Assembly (NCBI RefSeq): GCF_009834535.1
Contig: NC_045697.1
Span: 54,934,001-54,998,000, forward strand
Source: Camelus ferus
Lineage: Eukaryota
DNA length: 64,000 bases
Reading direction: 5' to 3'
This document shows, in pieces, positions 1 through 10,714 of the stretch. A program made the position numbers and the translations under genes. The notes under the pieces are model-generated. The model had not been told where the DNA came from. It worked only from the letters and a program-made list of their open reading frames with translations, and did no database searches. The first letter of the stretch is position 1, and each line of letters starts with the position of its first letter.

Positions 1-493
1 TGGCCAGGTCATTTGGAGCTTTTTGTTCTATGAGATTAACAGGCAAAGAAAGGAGTTACTGTACTGACAAGTAATTAACCCTCATTAAAATAAGACGATG
101 AGATGGTTGCTATATAGTAAAGACAGGGAGGGGTAATATATGAAGCACTCAGATTCTCTGGTGTTCTTCTGGAGGCTTTTATAACAACACAGAGGTTTAA
201 AGAGAAGGGCTTGGATTTCTCTGGGGCAAGCAGAAGTACTGGCTAAGGTATTTATAGTGAGTGTAGTATCAGGAGACGTGCAATGTCGGTTATAGCCTCA
301 ATGTAAAGTGTAATAGTGAGGATTGTAGATTACCCCATTATATTTTCTGTGTTAAATTCCCATTAACCTTCTCATTGTAAGCCTTATTTGTTTTTTAGAA
401 GTTGTTATGGACCATCAACTTGAAAAAGCAGTGATAGGACAACTTGAACTTATCTTAGGAGATGAGTGAATCTGTGCATTGCAAGTGGCAGAC
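1..493 (+). mobile_element. ERVL-class internal fragment (ERV3-16A3/HERV16-like): dUTPase-region remnant and 3' leader
   Basis: 'aacaggcaaagaaaggagttactgtactg' resembles the ERVL dUTPase segment (QQAKKGVTVL). It runs into 'gcaagtggcagac|tgtagca', the expected internal/LTR junction. Confidence 0.7.
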
Positions 494-938
494 TGTAGCA
501 TAGGTTATTAGAGCCCCAAGCAGATCCCTGTCAACATTCACTGCTGCACTAGCACTCACTGCTTCTGTACAAGAACAAACTGATGATAATTTGTTTTAAA
601 ATTCTAAAGCTCTCTACCTGAGTGAGGGCTTTCTATTAGCCCTTGCTCAAGGCAACCCAGAAGCACTGGAGGAGTTGTTTCTAAGAACAGCTCTCAACCA
701 AAGGAATTTGAGCACAAATACTTATAGACCATAACACTCTTAGATGGGACAACTCTGAAGCTTCTTTCACACTGTCTCCAGCAGGACTGAACCCCAGGTG
801 TCTGCAGTAGCACCCTGCTCATTCATGCACCCTGTATTGGCTTTTTTCCTTTCCTTTCTCACTCTTAGGATCAATTCCTAACCTCCCAAATAAACCCACT
901 TACACTCAGAGCTGCTCAGTTAAACTGAGTTAAAGAAG
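494..938 (+). mobile_element. LTR16-family ERVL LTR
   Basis: LTR16-like blocks 'acagctctcaacca', 'gggacaactctgaag..acactgtctcc', 'gcaccctgtattggc' and 'acctcccaaataaacccacttacactca'; starts TG directly after the internal fragment. Confidence 0.8.
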
Positions 939-1159
939 ACTCTTGAATGCTGCACTTCTCATATTTTATTGTGTTCAAGTGCACAATATATCAACAAGAG
1001 GAAGCTCTAGAAGAACTTGTCAGTCTTACTCAACCACAGCACCCTTTTCACCAATTCCTTTTCATATCTGGAAGAAATGAGGGGTTTTTGAAAAATACTT
1101 CATAAAAAATTTAGAGAATCATTTGCAGAAAAGGCACCTCCATGAGAGATTAAAAATTT

Positions 1160-1726
1160 CTAAACTAGATCAAGCTTTCTGTAACTATCTTTAAAAATGT
1201 ACAGACATAAATAGGTACCATCTCTGTGAGAACCAGAACTTTCTTTCTCCATGCTGAGCTGGGCATTGAAAACTGAAATCATAACTTACTGTCTACAGTA
1301 ATATGACTTTGAAACTCATTAGTATCTCTTTACTTTTCCAGGGCTGCCCTGGAAAGTAAAGCAAATGGTGTGATTGTTTATTACAGGAACTTCTCAAAAG
1401 ACTTATTGGCTCTTCAATGGACAGTATCAACAGACAGTTTCTGCCCAAAGATTCTTTGAATCCCTCAAAATCGTTGCCTTGCTATCTCCACCAAGCTTCT
1501 GATGGTTGTATTATGATTCCTACCCAGTCCTAATCATGACCCCAAGTTGAAAGAGCCACCTTAAGCCAAACTTACAATTCTTAATAAATTCTGATTGTAT
1601 TTCCCGCTTTGGAACACTATAAAAGCTTTGCAAGGTGGTATACTCCCTTGTATTTGGTAAGTAAAAACTCAGCTTTGTCTTATCAACAGATTGTGTTGAT
1701 AATGTCTGGGGAGCCAGCTTTTACCA
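1160..1726 (+). mobile_element. ERV1-class solo LTR (MER110/MER90-like)
   Basis: 3' end 'actcccttg..gtaagtaaaaactcagctttgtcttatcaacagattgtgttgataatgtctggggagccagcttttacca' matches the R/U5 pattern; TATAAAA near 1618. 5' boundary uncertain. Confidence 0.65.
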
Positions 1727-1829
1727 TATGGTAAATTTCTTCCTATTACATTTATGAAAACTGACCTAAGAGTAAGTAGTTGTGTATTACCTACTAAGAA
1801 AAGAAGATGAGGTAAAATTAAAGCTGAAC

Positions 1830-2478
1830 CTCACTATGGGCCAAGTCTTTTGCCAAGTACTTTATATGTACTGTTTCATCATAAGAGACTGAATATACAA
1901 ATCGACATAGCCAAACCTTACATCACAATAGACCTCTAACCCACATCCTCTGCAGCAGCCACACTGGGAAACCAAACTGAAGTCTTTGCAATAATCAGCC
2001 CAGAAGAATCAGCATTTGATCAATGACAACCAGCTTCCCTCTTCCACAACTTCATAACCCTCCACCTTCCAACTCAGGACCAACCAAAGGAAGCAAATAT
2101 GCTCCCCAAGCAAATGGCAAAAGGACTCTCTGCTTCTGGTCAGTGTACATCCAGCATCCTCGTGCCAACAACCTGCCATTAGAGCCTACCAGAAGCCTTC
2201 CCCCACTTTTTTTTTTTTTTTTGGTATGAAGTTTTTACACTCTCCTAGCTGCTTTGTGTCTCTGCCAAGTGCAAGTGATGGTGGCTCACTCCCTTGCTAT
2301 AGCAACCTCTGAGCAAATAGCCTATTTGTTCTCATGTGTGTTGTCTTTATCTTCACAGTCATAAGAACTATGAAGTAAGTACTTATGACAAATGAAAACA
2401 CTGAGGTAAATAGAGATTATGTACATTGTCCAAGTTCACAGAGCTGGTAATGGCAGAGCTAAGATCTGAAACCAGTTT
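1830..2478 (-). mobile_element. MIR SINE split by the LTR at 1882-2357
   Basis: Left part 'actatgggccaagtcttttgccaagtactttatatgta'; right part 'acaaatgaaaacactgagg..tgtccaagttcacagagctggtaatggcagagctaagatctgaaacc' is the antisense MIR core. Confidence 0.75.
1882..2357 (+). mobile_element. ERV1-class solo LTR (MER89/MER90-like)
   Basis: 'ttccaactcaggaccaacca' and 'ctcccttgctatagcaacctctgagcaaatagcc', ending CACA. Flanks atca/gtca fit a degenerate 4-bp TSD. Confidence 0.7.
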
Positions 2479-2543
2479 GAGTTTATAGGTTGTTTTACCA
2501 CCACTCCAGAAATAGTGCAAAATTGAGGTTCTCGAACTGCACT

Positions 2544-3194
2544 TTTCAACAATGTTGAACTTGACGAGACCCCTGGGATCCTGGAAAACAGGGACAGTTG
2601 AAGAAATCATCACCCTTTGTTTCCAGAAACTTGGCTTACCCACAAAGAACCACCTTTCCCCGTATGACTTCTGTTCGACTCATGAACATTGGCCTTGTTT
2701 ACCTACGGCAAAGCCAGACTCAGACCCTCCTAGTTCGCATTTCTTTGACTTGTGAAAGATGAGCTGAACTGTTTGTCCCAGTTGATCATTCAGAGGAAAG
2801 TGCTTATTATCTGACTTGACCAACTTAAATGAACTTCTCTTCCTTCCCTGGGTTTCTGATCTCTGACTTGTCCTCAGTCTGAACCAGTATACAGCCTTAC
2901 TCACCTCTTCATCCCTAGAGTTGGCTGATTGCAAGGAAACATGTTCCTTGATCACCAGGTCGATCATGCCACATACTCCCCAACGCTCAATTTTTTTCTG
3001 GTCTTGTTTACTTCTGTGTATAAAAGAAAATTCCTTTCTGCCTAACCTTTGAGATGCTTGCAGATCTTGTGGTCAGAGCGTTCTCCCTATGGTGGTAGTC
3101 CCCTTGCCCTATTGCAATATTCCTTTCTTTTTGTTAGCAATTCTTTCAGATAAATTCGCTTCTTACCCAAATCTGGATTTGTTTTTATTTGACA
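2544..3194 (+). mobile_element. MER67-like ERV1 solo LTR
   Basis: 'tataaaagaaaattcctttctgcctaacctttgagatgcttgcagatctt..gttctccctat' and terminus 'aaatctggatttgtttttatttgaca'. Confidence 0.8.
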
Positions 3195-3491
3195 TGTCCA
3201 ATCAACATGTAATGCAAGCCGCATCGATAATTTAAAATGTTTTAGTAGGACATGGAAAAAAGTGAAGGAAACAGGTGAAATTATTTTTAATATTTTGTTT
3301 TATTTAACTCAATATATTCAAAGTATCATTTCAACATGTAGTCAGTAAGATTATTAACAGGCTGTTTTATGTTCCTTTTTCATCCTACATTTTTGATATC
3401 TAGCATGCAGTTTTATGCTCTGAGAACATTTCAGGTTTGAGTTGCCACATTTCAGGCACTCAATGTTTTGCTGTTGTAGTGGACAAAGCAG
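3195..3491. mobile_element. MER33 hAT-Charlie MITE
   Basis: 'tgtccaat..aatgcaagccgcat..gaaacaggtgaaattatttttaatatt..tatttaactcaatatattcaaa..gccacatttcaggcactcaat..tggacaaagcag' follows the MER33 consensus, including the right TIR. Confidence 0.9.
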
Positions 3492-4499
3492 TATTTTTGG
3501 TGCAGGCTCTCTTTGTCTGTCTCCCTGGAAAGTTTGTTTTTCTCATTGGGCTCAGCTCCTCCTCCTTCTCTTCTCCTACGTTAGTCTCTCTTTCCTTGCC
3601 TACCTCAGAAGCTTGCATGTTCTTAATGTTCAGATTTCACTGCATGAGACACATTTTCTCATTTTCCAACTTAAGTAAATGTCTGAGTTCCTTGACAATA
3701 GAAAAGATTAAGACTACAACTTAACACGGTTATTTTCTAATGTCAGATAATTTCATCTCAGCTCAGGGGAAAGAGGCATTCCTTGCTTATCTAAAAAAAA
3801 AATGTCTAGAGCTATCTAATCCATAGCCACAGAAATATTAAGTATAGTAACCCAAAACATCTCATAATAAGGCACACTTAGTGGGGTAATTTGGTTGGGT
3901 GTTCAGAATTGAATATTGGGGTGATAAGCTGTGGTGGGCTCTATGAGAACATAGGGAAAATTGTATGTGACCACAAATTTTCTATTTATGCCTTCTCTGA
4001 ACTTTCTGTCTTGTTCTCTTAAAAATAAAAATGAAAATAACACCTGATGCTTCAATATTCACATTTAAGTTGGATCATCTATGCAAGTAGAATAATAGCT
4101 TAGCATCTGCTGCTGCTGCTTGAGTGCATCTCTAGAGATTGCTTTGAAATATCACTACATACTCAGCATTTGAGAAACTGAAATTGATTCAAGAAGGATT
4201 GCTGCTTCAGTGGTCCATGTTACTCAGCAAGTTTCCCCAAGTGCCCATCCACTGTCATCACTAATGTGGCGTCACTCGCCAGCTGAGCACACAGGAGCAC
4301 TTTGCTTGGCTCGCCAGTCACAAAGATGATGGATGGGCCAGGGCCAGGTTTTCTTTCTCTGTAGTTAGGCTTAGGAATCATGTTCTTAACTAGATTCTGT
4401 TTCGTTTCATCCTCTTTCTCTTCCTCTCAGTTTTAGCTCTTATAAAGCAGTATGAATTCCACACTACAGAAAAGAAATTTAAAAATTATCTAATTTCAC

Positions 4500-4950
4500 C
4501 AAAATTTATTCAGAACCTAATGTGTGCCAGGCATTGTGTTAAGCACTGGATATTGCACACCTGAGTAAAATACTCAAGAATCTGATACTTTAGAAGGGAT
4601 ATAGAAAAGTAAATATATAACTATGATTACAAAATTAGTGCCATGATAGTGTTGTTTTTAAAATGTGGGCAGGCATATCAATGAGTGAGATTAATTTCAT
4701 TTGGAGGTGAGAGTATAGGGAGAAACTAGAGCATGGTGGTTACATTTGCTCTGATATTTAAAGGAGATTATGGAGATGAGAATAGGAAAAATCCCCCAAG
4801 TAGAAGAATTAACACTAGCAGGGGGCCTGATGTATCCAAGGTGAATAGCTAGATGCTAGGGTGGGGAGGAAGAAAACAGTACATGATCTTAAAGTTGTAA
4901 ACTGTGGTTAGATTGTATATCTGCTGGTAAACCAGAGTTAGGAGTTTGTG
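4500..4950 (-). mobile_element. L2 LINE 3' fragment
   Basis: 'tttattcagaacctaatgtgtgccaggcattgtgttaagcactgg' is the antisense L2 3' terminus, followed by purine-rich antisense L2 body. Confidence 0.7.
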
Positions 4951-5629
4951 GGGTTTTTTGATAGTCATTGGGAACAAAAGGAGATTGTGAAAATAATGAC
5001 ATGATACGACTTTATAACTGTGATTTGGAATAATGTGAAGAAGAATTTGAAAAGGAGTCCTGATGTAATATGTAGAAAATAGTTTAATTTGGACATTTGC
5101 AAATGTGTCTTTTTAATTCCACCTTTTCTGACATGTAGCTGGTATTTTAATTTTGCAGATCTCTGCCGCAGTAATTTTGTTCTTATTAATGGGCAGACCC
5201 TTTGTGTCCAGTTCTGTGAGACTGTCCATGACAGAAGGGATCTGGGTATGAGGTATGATTCCTCTTCTAGGACTGAACACTTTGGAGGATCTGCAGTTAT
5301 CCTTGATAGCCAATCAAGGCTCTCAAAAAACAAAAAACCAAAATCCCTCCAAAAGAACCAATCTCCCTGAAAGTATTTATGACAAATTATTGGAATCTCT
5401 AGTGCAGTGTATGTTTGTGTATATGCGTGCCTGTGCAAGACACACATATATACAAATGCATTTGGAAATGATGAGCCTAGCCAGTGTTTATTTAATACAG
5501 ATGTAAGGACACACTACAAACATGTGTAGAGAGTGAGAGGTATACCTCCAAAGACACCCACAGAGAGGGACACACACACTGGGACACATACAGTGGGAAA
5601 TGCAAAGAGCCCAGCTCAGTACTTGTTTA

Positions 5630-5987
5630 ATAATGGAAAGGCATGAAGTTCTGATACATGCTGCAACATTGAGAAACCTTGAAAATATTATGCTAAATGA
5701 AAGACGCCAGACACAAAGGTCACTTACTCTATGATTCCGTTTCTGTGAACTGTCTGGAATAGGCAAATCCACAGAGACAGAAGGAAGATTAGCGGTTGCC
5801 AGGGGCTTGTGGGAGGGAGAAGTGGAGAGTGATTGCTTAATGCGTACTGTCTTTTTGAAGTAATGGAAGTGTTCTGGATTTAGATAGTGGTAATGGTTGT
5901 ATAACATTGTGAATATACTAAAAGCCACTGTACTAAAGTGGTTAAAATGGCGAATTTTATGCTACAAGAATTTTATATCATAAAAAA
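5630..5987 (+). mobile_element. L1MB-type LINE-1 3' end
   Basis: 'gatacatgctgcaaca..gaaaccttgaaaatattatgctaaatgaaagacgccagacacaaa..ataggcaaatccacagagacagaa..gattagcggttgccagggg..gatagtggtaatggttgtataacattgtgaat' plus a short A tail. Confidence 0.9.
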
Positions 5988-7510
5988 GAGACAGAATCCC
6001 TCCCCACCCAATATCATAGAAACACAATAATACAGTAGCCACATACAACACACATAGAGGAAAAATGAATCCACACAAACATATACAGAGAGATACAGAG
6101 AATGAAAGACATGATCGTAGACAGATACACAGAGAGATGGAAAGAAAAAGACAGGCATCAGAATTGAAATGGGACTACCAAAGATTAAATCAGAAAATAG
6201 TGAAATCGAAGTAAATAAAAACCTCAATTTGTAAATAAATTGCATAATTAGGCAGGATTGACATGTTCCAAAAGGAGATTTAAACTATATGAAAGCTGAC
6301 CTTTTTTAAAGGTGACATTTATTAAACTGTGGCAATGACAATATGTAAAATAATATTTCAGTCACTTAAATCATTTAATTATAGGATAAATGAAAGGAAA
6401 TAATTGGAATTTGGGACTTGTGAGATATCTAGTTTAGTCATACAGAAGTATTCATCCTTAATATCTGTGACATTGCATTACAAGTAAATAATCAGTGTAT
6501 GAATATGGTGTGGAAAGAAATAACATTCTTCAAGAATAAATTTAAGTAATTTCCTGTATATATTTGGCCTTGATTTTCTTACGGTAGAAAGTAGCTTTAT
6601 TATCTCAGTTGATTTTATTTCCCTGATAAAGGGCCATTCTGATATTGCCATGCCTTGCAGGCCTGCTATTAATTTTAATAAGAATTTAATAAGTGTGAAA
6701 TCCTTTGGGAGTTTGTAACTGAAAGGTACCAGATGTTCTGTGTGAGGACAATGTGGTTTAGGTGTAACTGAAAGCTGTTATGCTGTACTCACCTTTTAAA
6801 AAGAAATTTAGTATCCTGCTTATCTAAACCTAGTTCGTGACCATGGTTCTTACTTAATTTCCCTCTGTTTTATTCAGATGGCATCCTTTTCTATTTTTAT
6901 GATGGAAACTTTGGATTAGTTCAGAAGATCTGTTGTCACTGAGTCTTGCAAGAGAGGAAGAAAAGTTTGTCTTATACATTGGGGTTTGAGGGAAATAACT
7001 GCTCTCTAGAGCAGTTTGACTTCACCTTCTCTCTCCAAGGTTATGGACCTTACTACATTCTTGAAAGGATGCTTCCAGCAAAGTGCCTCCTTATTATGAA
7101 TGAGGTCTTCTTATTGTTCACAGGAGTGCTAGAAGCCACCTTTTTTCATCTTCACTTCTTATATTATCTTCTTTTATCTTGCTCACTTTCATCTTATGCT
7201 TTCTCTTTGGCTTAAAATGAGTAAGCTGCAAGAAAGGCGGGGTAAAGGCCATGACGCAGACACTGGCCGATGGAAGCTACTATGAAGTCTAAATCTTTTG
7301 ATGAAAGTTGCAAAGTAAAATATAAAGGTGCTGCCATTTCTATAGAGAAAATGAAAAACTGTTTGAAGGACAATACATATATGTTCAATTAAAGATTAGT
7401 AAAATTAATGTTTGAAATTTGATATGTTTGTTGAGTTGTAGGATGAATGTATTGATAAAGAGAAATGGGCAAGAACGTAACTAATCCTAGGGACCAAAGA
7501 CTTTCAATGA

Positions 7511-7650
7511 GGAGGGAAAAGGGCTTTGTTTTGGAGCCTCTATTTTCATTCAAGAGGGTATCTATCATCCATGAAATAACGGAGGGAAAAGGGCCTTGTT
7601 TTGGAGCCTCTATTTTCATTCAAGAGGGTATCTATCATCCATGAAATAAC
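7511..7650. repeat. 70-bp tandem duplication (2 copies, 1 mismatch)
   Basis: 7511-7580 and 7581-7650 are identical except gggctttg/gggccttg. Confidence 0.97.
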
Positions 7651-7849
7651 AGAGGCATGGAAATGCATATTGAAACAATGGGAAGAAAACTGATTTTCCC
7701 ATGGGCATCTAGTGAAGATCAGTTTCTACTAAATGGCGGGGATGTATAAAGCAGCTGTGTTACAGCTACTGACTTATCACAGCCACACATTACCTTTCAG
7801 ACTCTTTGATTTTCTGTAAGATGTGACTCGTTTGACCAGTTAACTTTTT

Positions 7850-9030
7850 GGCTTTCCCTCTTTAACCTCTCTAGTACTTCACACTCCTGATTCTCCTCCT
7901 GACTCCTAGACTGTTGTTTCCACTCTCCCTTTTAGGCTGCTTTTCCTGCGTCTGATCCTTAAATATGAGTAGTATTTTGGATCTTGGTTTGAATATGGAT
8001 GCTATTCCTTTCTCCTGCTATATATTCTCCCTGGGCAATGTAGTTTTCATGGACTCATATGTTTATGGTTTACAGGTTTTGTGGATGGACTCACTTATAT
8101 CCATGGTGTTAATGGATACACATATATTTATGATCTCCAAATTTCCACTTGTAACTCAGATTTCTTCTGAACTGTCTTAGCCTATTGAATATTCCACTGG
8201 GATGTCCCACAACCATATTAAATAGTCTAAGACTGGGTATTTACCTTAAATACAGTATGTTCAGAATGAAATCATGTATTTAACTTCATTTTGAATTTAT
8301 TCCTCTTTTAGTTTACAAGGTATCAAAATATTTCTACTTTCTTAACGCAGAAACCTGGGAATCATCCTAAATTTTCCCTTTTGCTCAAAATGACCTAAGC
8401 ATTCTACTGGCTCAGTCTCTTTCCCATCTCTTACCTTCATATTACTTCATTCATTTTGCTGGGGAAATTTCTTATAAATTTACATTATTTCAGCAGCTTT
8501 CTAATTCCCCCTTTTCTAATGAATCTACCCAAAATCATCTTTAAAAATTGCTAATATAACCATGTAACTCTCAAGTTTAAAGTATTTCAATGGCTTTATA
8601 TAACTTGAAGAGCTCCTTTATGTGACACACAAAACATCATTTTGTGATATCTACTTATTTCTTTAATATTCTCTTTACAACTCCTCTACCTTGAAGCCAG
8701 AGGCCCAACCCTAGTGAATGTCTTCCAGTTTCTGAAAAAAGTTGTCTTCCTCTTATGCTTTTTCCTTTGCACCTGCTGTTTCCTTTTCAGTTCTGCTTTG
8801 AGAGCCTCTGTTACCCATTATTCAAGATCTAGATTGAGGATCATCCTTCTATAGCATCTTCCCTGCCCTTCTCTCCCTCTTAGAATCATTCTTTTCTTTT
8901 TCTTTTTTCTTTTTTTTTTTTTTTTTACCACTACAGTGATTGAAGACTTATTTGATCTGTCATACCCTGTTTTATACTGCATTATGGATTCACTAAGGCC
9001 AGGAATCTTGTTATTTTAATAATAGTAACC
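7850..9030 (+). mobile_element. L2 LINE fragment (degenerate)
   Basis: Pyrimidine-rich L2 blocks such as 'cctattgaatattccactgggatgtcccac', 'gaaacctgggaatcatcct' and 'ctttgcacctgctgtttcc'. Confidence 0.65.
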
Positions 9031-9039
9031 ATATTAGTC

Positions 9040-9735
9040 CCACTGGAGAATTCTGAGGACTGAGTGACAGGATCTGACATAACTGTAAATGATCATTCTG
9101 GAAACTGTGTGTGGGCTAGGATGTAAGATAAAAGAGCAGCTCTTGTAATGATCCATGTGCTATGTGATGTTGGTTTAAATCAGGAGGCTGTGGGAGAGGT
9201 GAGAGAAAAGTGTTTGATAGAATTTGCTGATGAGTCTGTGATGGCTAAGTGCTGTGGATGTGAAAAAAGGGTGTCCCAGTTTTTGGCCTGATTAAATACA
9301 TGGATAGAGTGATCTCTTATCAACATTGAAAGACTATGGGATCTGTGAATTTTAGGGGTGTATAGGAACCAGGAGTTGAGTTTTGATATGTTAAGTTTCA
9401 GATATCTATCAGACATCCAAGGGGAAATGTTGATTTTGTAGTTAAATATGAGTCTGAAGTTCAATGTCGAGTTTTGATATGGTACAAATTTGGGAATTTG
9501 TGTATTGAAGGTATTTAAAGTTATGAGTCAGGGGATCATCTAGGAATAAAAAGACCAGAGTTTAAAGACTTCAACATTTAGAGGTTATGGAGATGAGAAT
9601 TCAACAAAAGAACATGGGAAGAAGTGGGCAGTAATACAGACGGAGTACAAAGAGAGCCAAGAGAGAAAATGTGTTCTAAGGAGGGAGTGATCAGGTTTGT
9701 TAAATGCTATTAATAAGTCATGATGAGAGCTGAGA
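9040..9735 (-). mobile_element. L2 LINE fragment
   Basis: 'gagttgagttttgatatgttaagtttcagatatctatcagacatccaagggga' is the antisense L2 core. Confidence 0.8.
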
Positions 9736-9762
9736 TCTGATCATAATTTTTAAATGAAAGCC

Positions 9763-9796
9763 CATTCATTCAATTCATTCATTCATTCATTCATTC
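9763..9796. repeat. (CATT)n microsatellite, probably an antisense L2 tail
   Basis: cattcattcaattcattcattcattcattcattca read directly. Confidence 0.8.
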
Positions 9797-10714
9797 AAGA
9801 GTGCTCTTGAGAAACTTGAGAAGTACCATTGTGGGAACTCTGAATCAACTTTGAGGAAAACATGTACAGAACAGGAAATAAGTGGGACTCATCTAATCAG
9901 TCTCAGAATACTTGCATATTCACCATCTTCCTGCACTATCAGAGAAATCTGATGCAAAAAGTGACATAAGTGGAAGTAATGCCCACCCTTACAGTCTGTG
10001 GGAGAATTGATCAGCATGTTTTCCAGAATTTTCTTTAGTAAGAGGGAAGAAATCTACTATTTCAAACTCTTACAATATATCTAGTCTCTGAAGTCTTGTT
10101 GGGAATTTCTATAAAATAATTAATTGTTGAGTGAAGGAAGGCGGAAGAAGTTTGTTTGACATGATTAGGAATGGTAGAGTGGATTTGAGTAACATCTGAT
10201 ACTCACTGGCACTATGTGAACATGAAGGCGTAATGACATTTTTTCAAAAGGTTAATGCATGTATTATGTTAGCACGGCTTACTTTAAAGCTGTGCAAATA
10301 TTCTCTAAGAAATAAAAAAAAGTCAGCCTCCATTCTATCAATACTGAATACAAAAATTCTAATAGAAAGCAGTTGAAATACAAATAAAGTACATTAAAAA
10401 ATTTAAACTATAAAGAGTATAATCATTCTTTTAGGAAAAGCAGCAGTTTTTGAGCTTATTATCCCCAGTTTAAAATAATTACAAATAAGCAGCATATCCA
10501 AGTGGTTTAAAATTAAAATGAAGTAAATGAGGGAACTTTCTGTCCCATTCATTTCCTCCTAGCTGCTCAGTTTTATCCTCTCAAGAGACAAACAGAATTA
10601 TTAGTTAAAATAAAAGTTCATGTTAAAATTTATTTTTGAATGACTTAACACAAACAAGATGCTGTGTTAGATATTATAGTATCAGTCTTAAACAAATTTG
10701 AAAAAATTCAAATC

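Noticed and set aside
4965..5447. Longest ORF in the track (160 aa, minus strand)
   Set aside because: No recognisable domain, begins in a CA-rich low-complexity tract, and the length is compatible with chance across six frames of 64 kb.
7511..7650. Direct repeats as a CRISPR-like array
   Set aside because: Only two abutting copies, no spacers, mammalian context.
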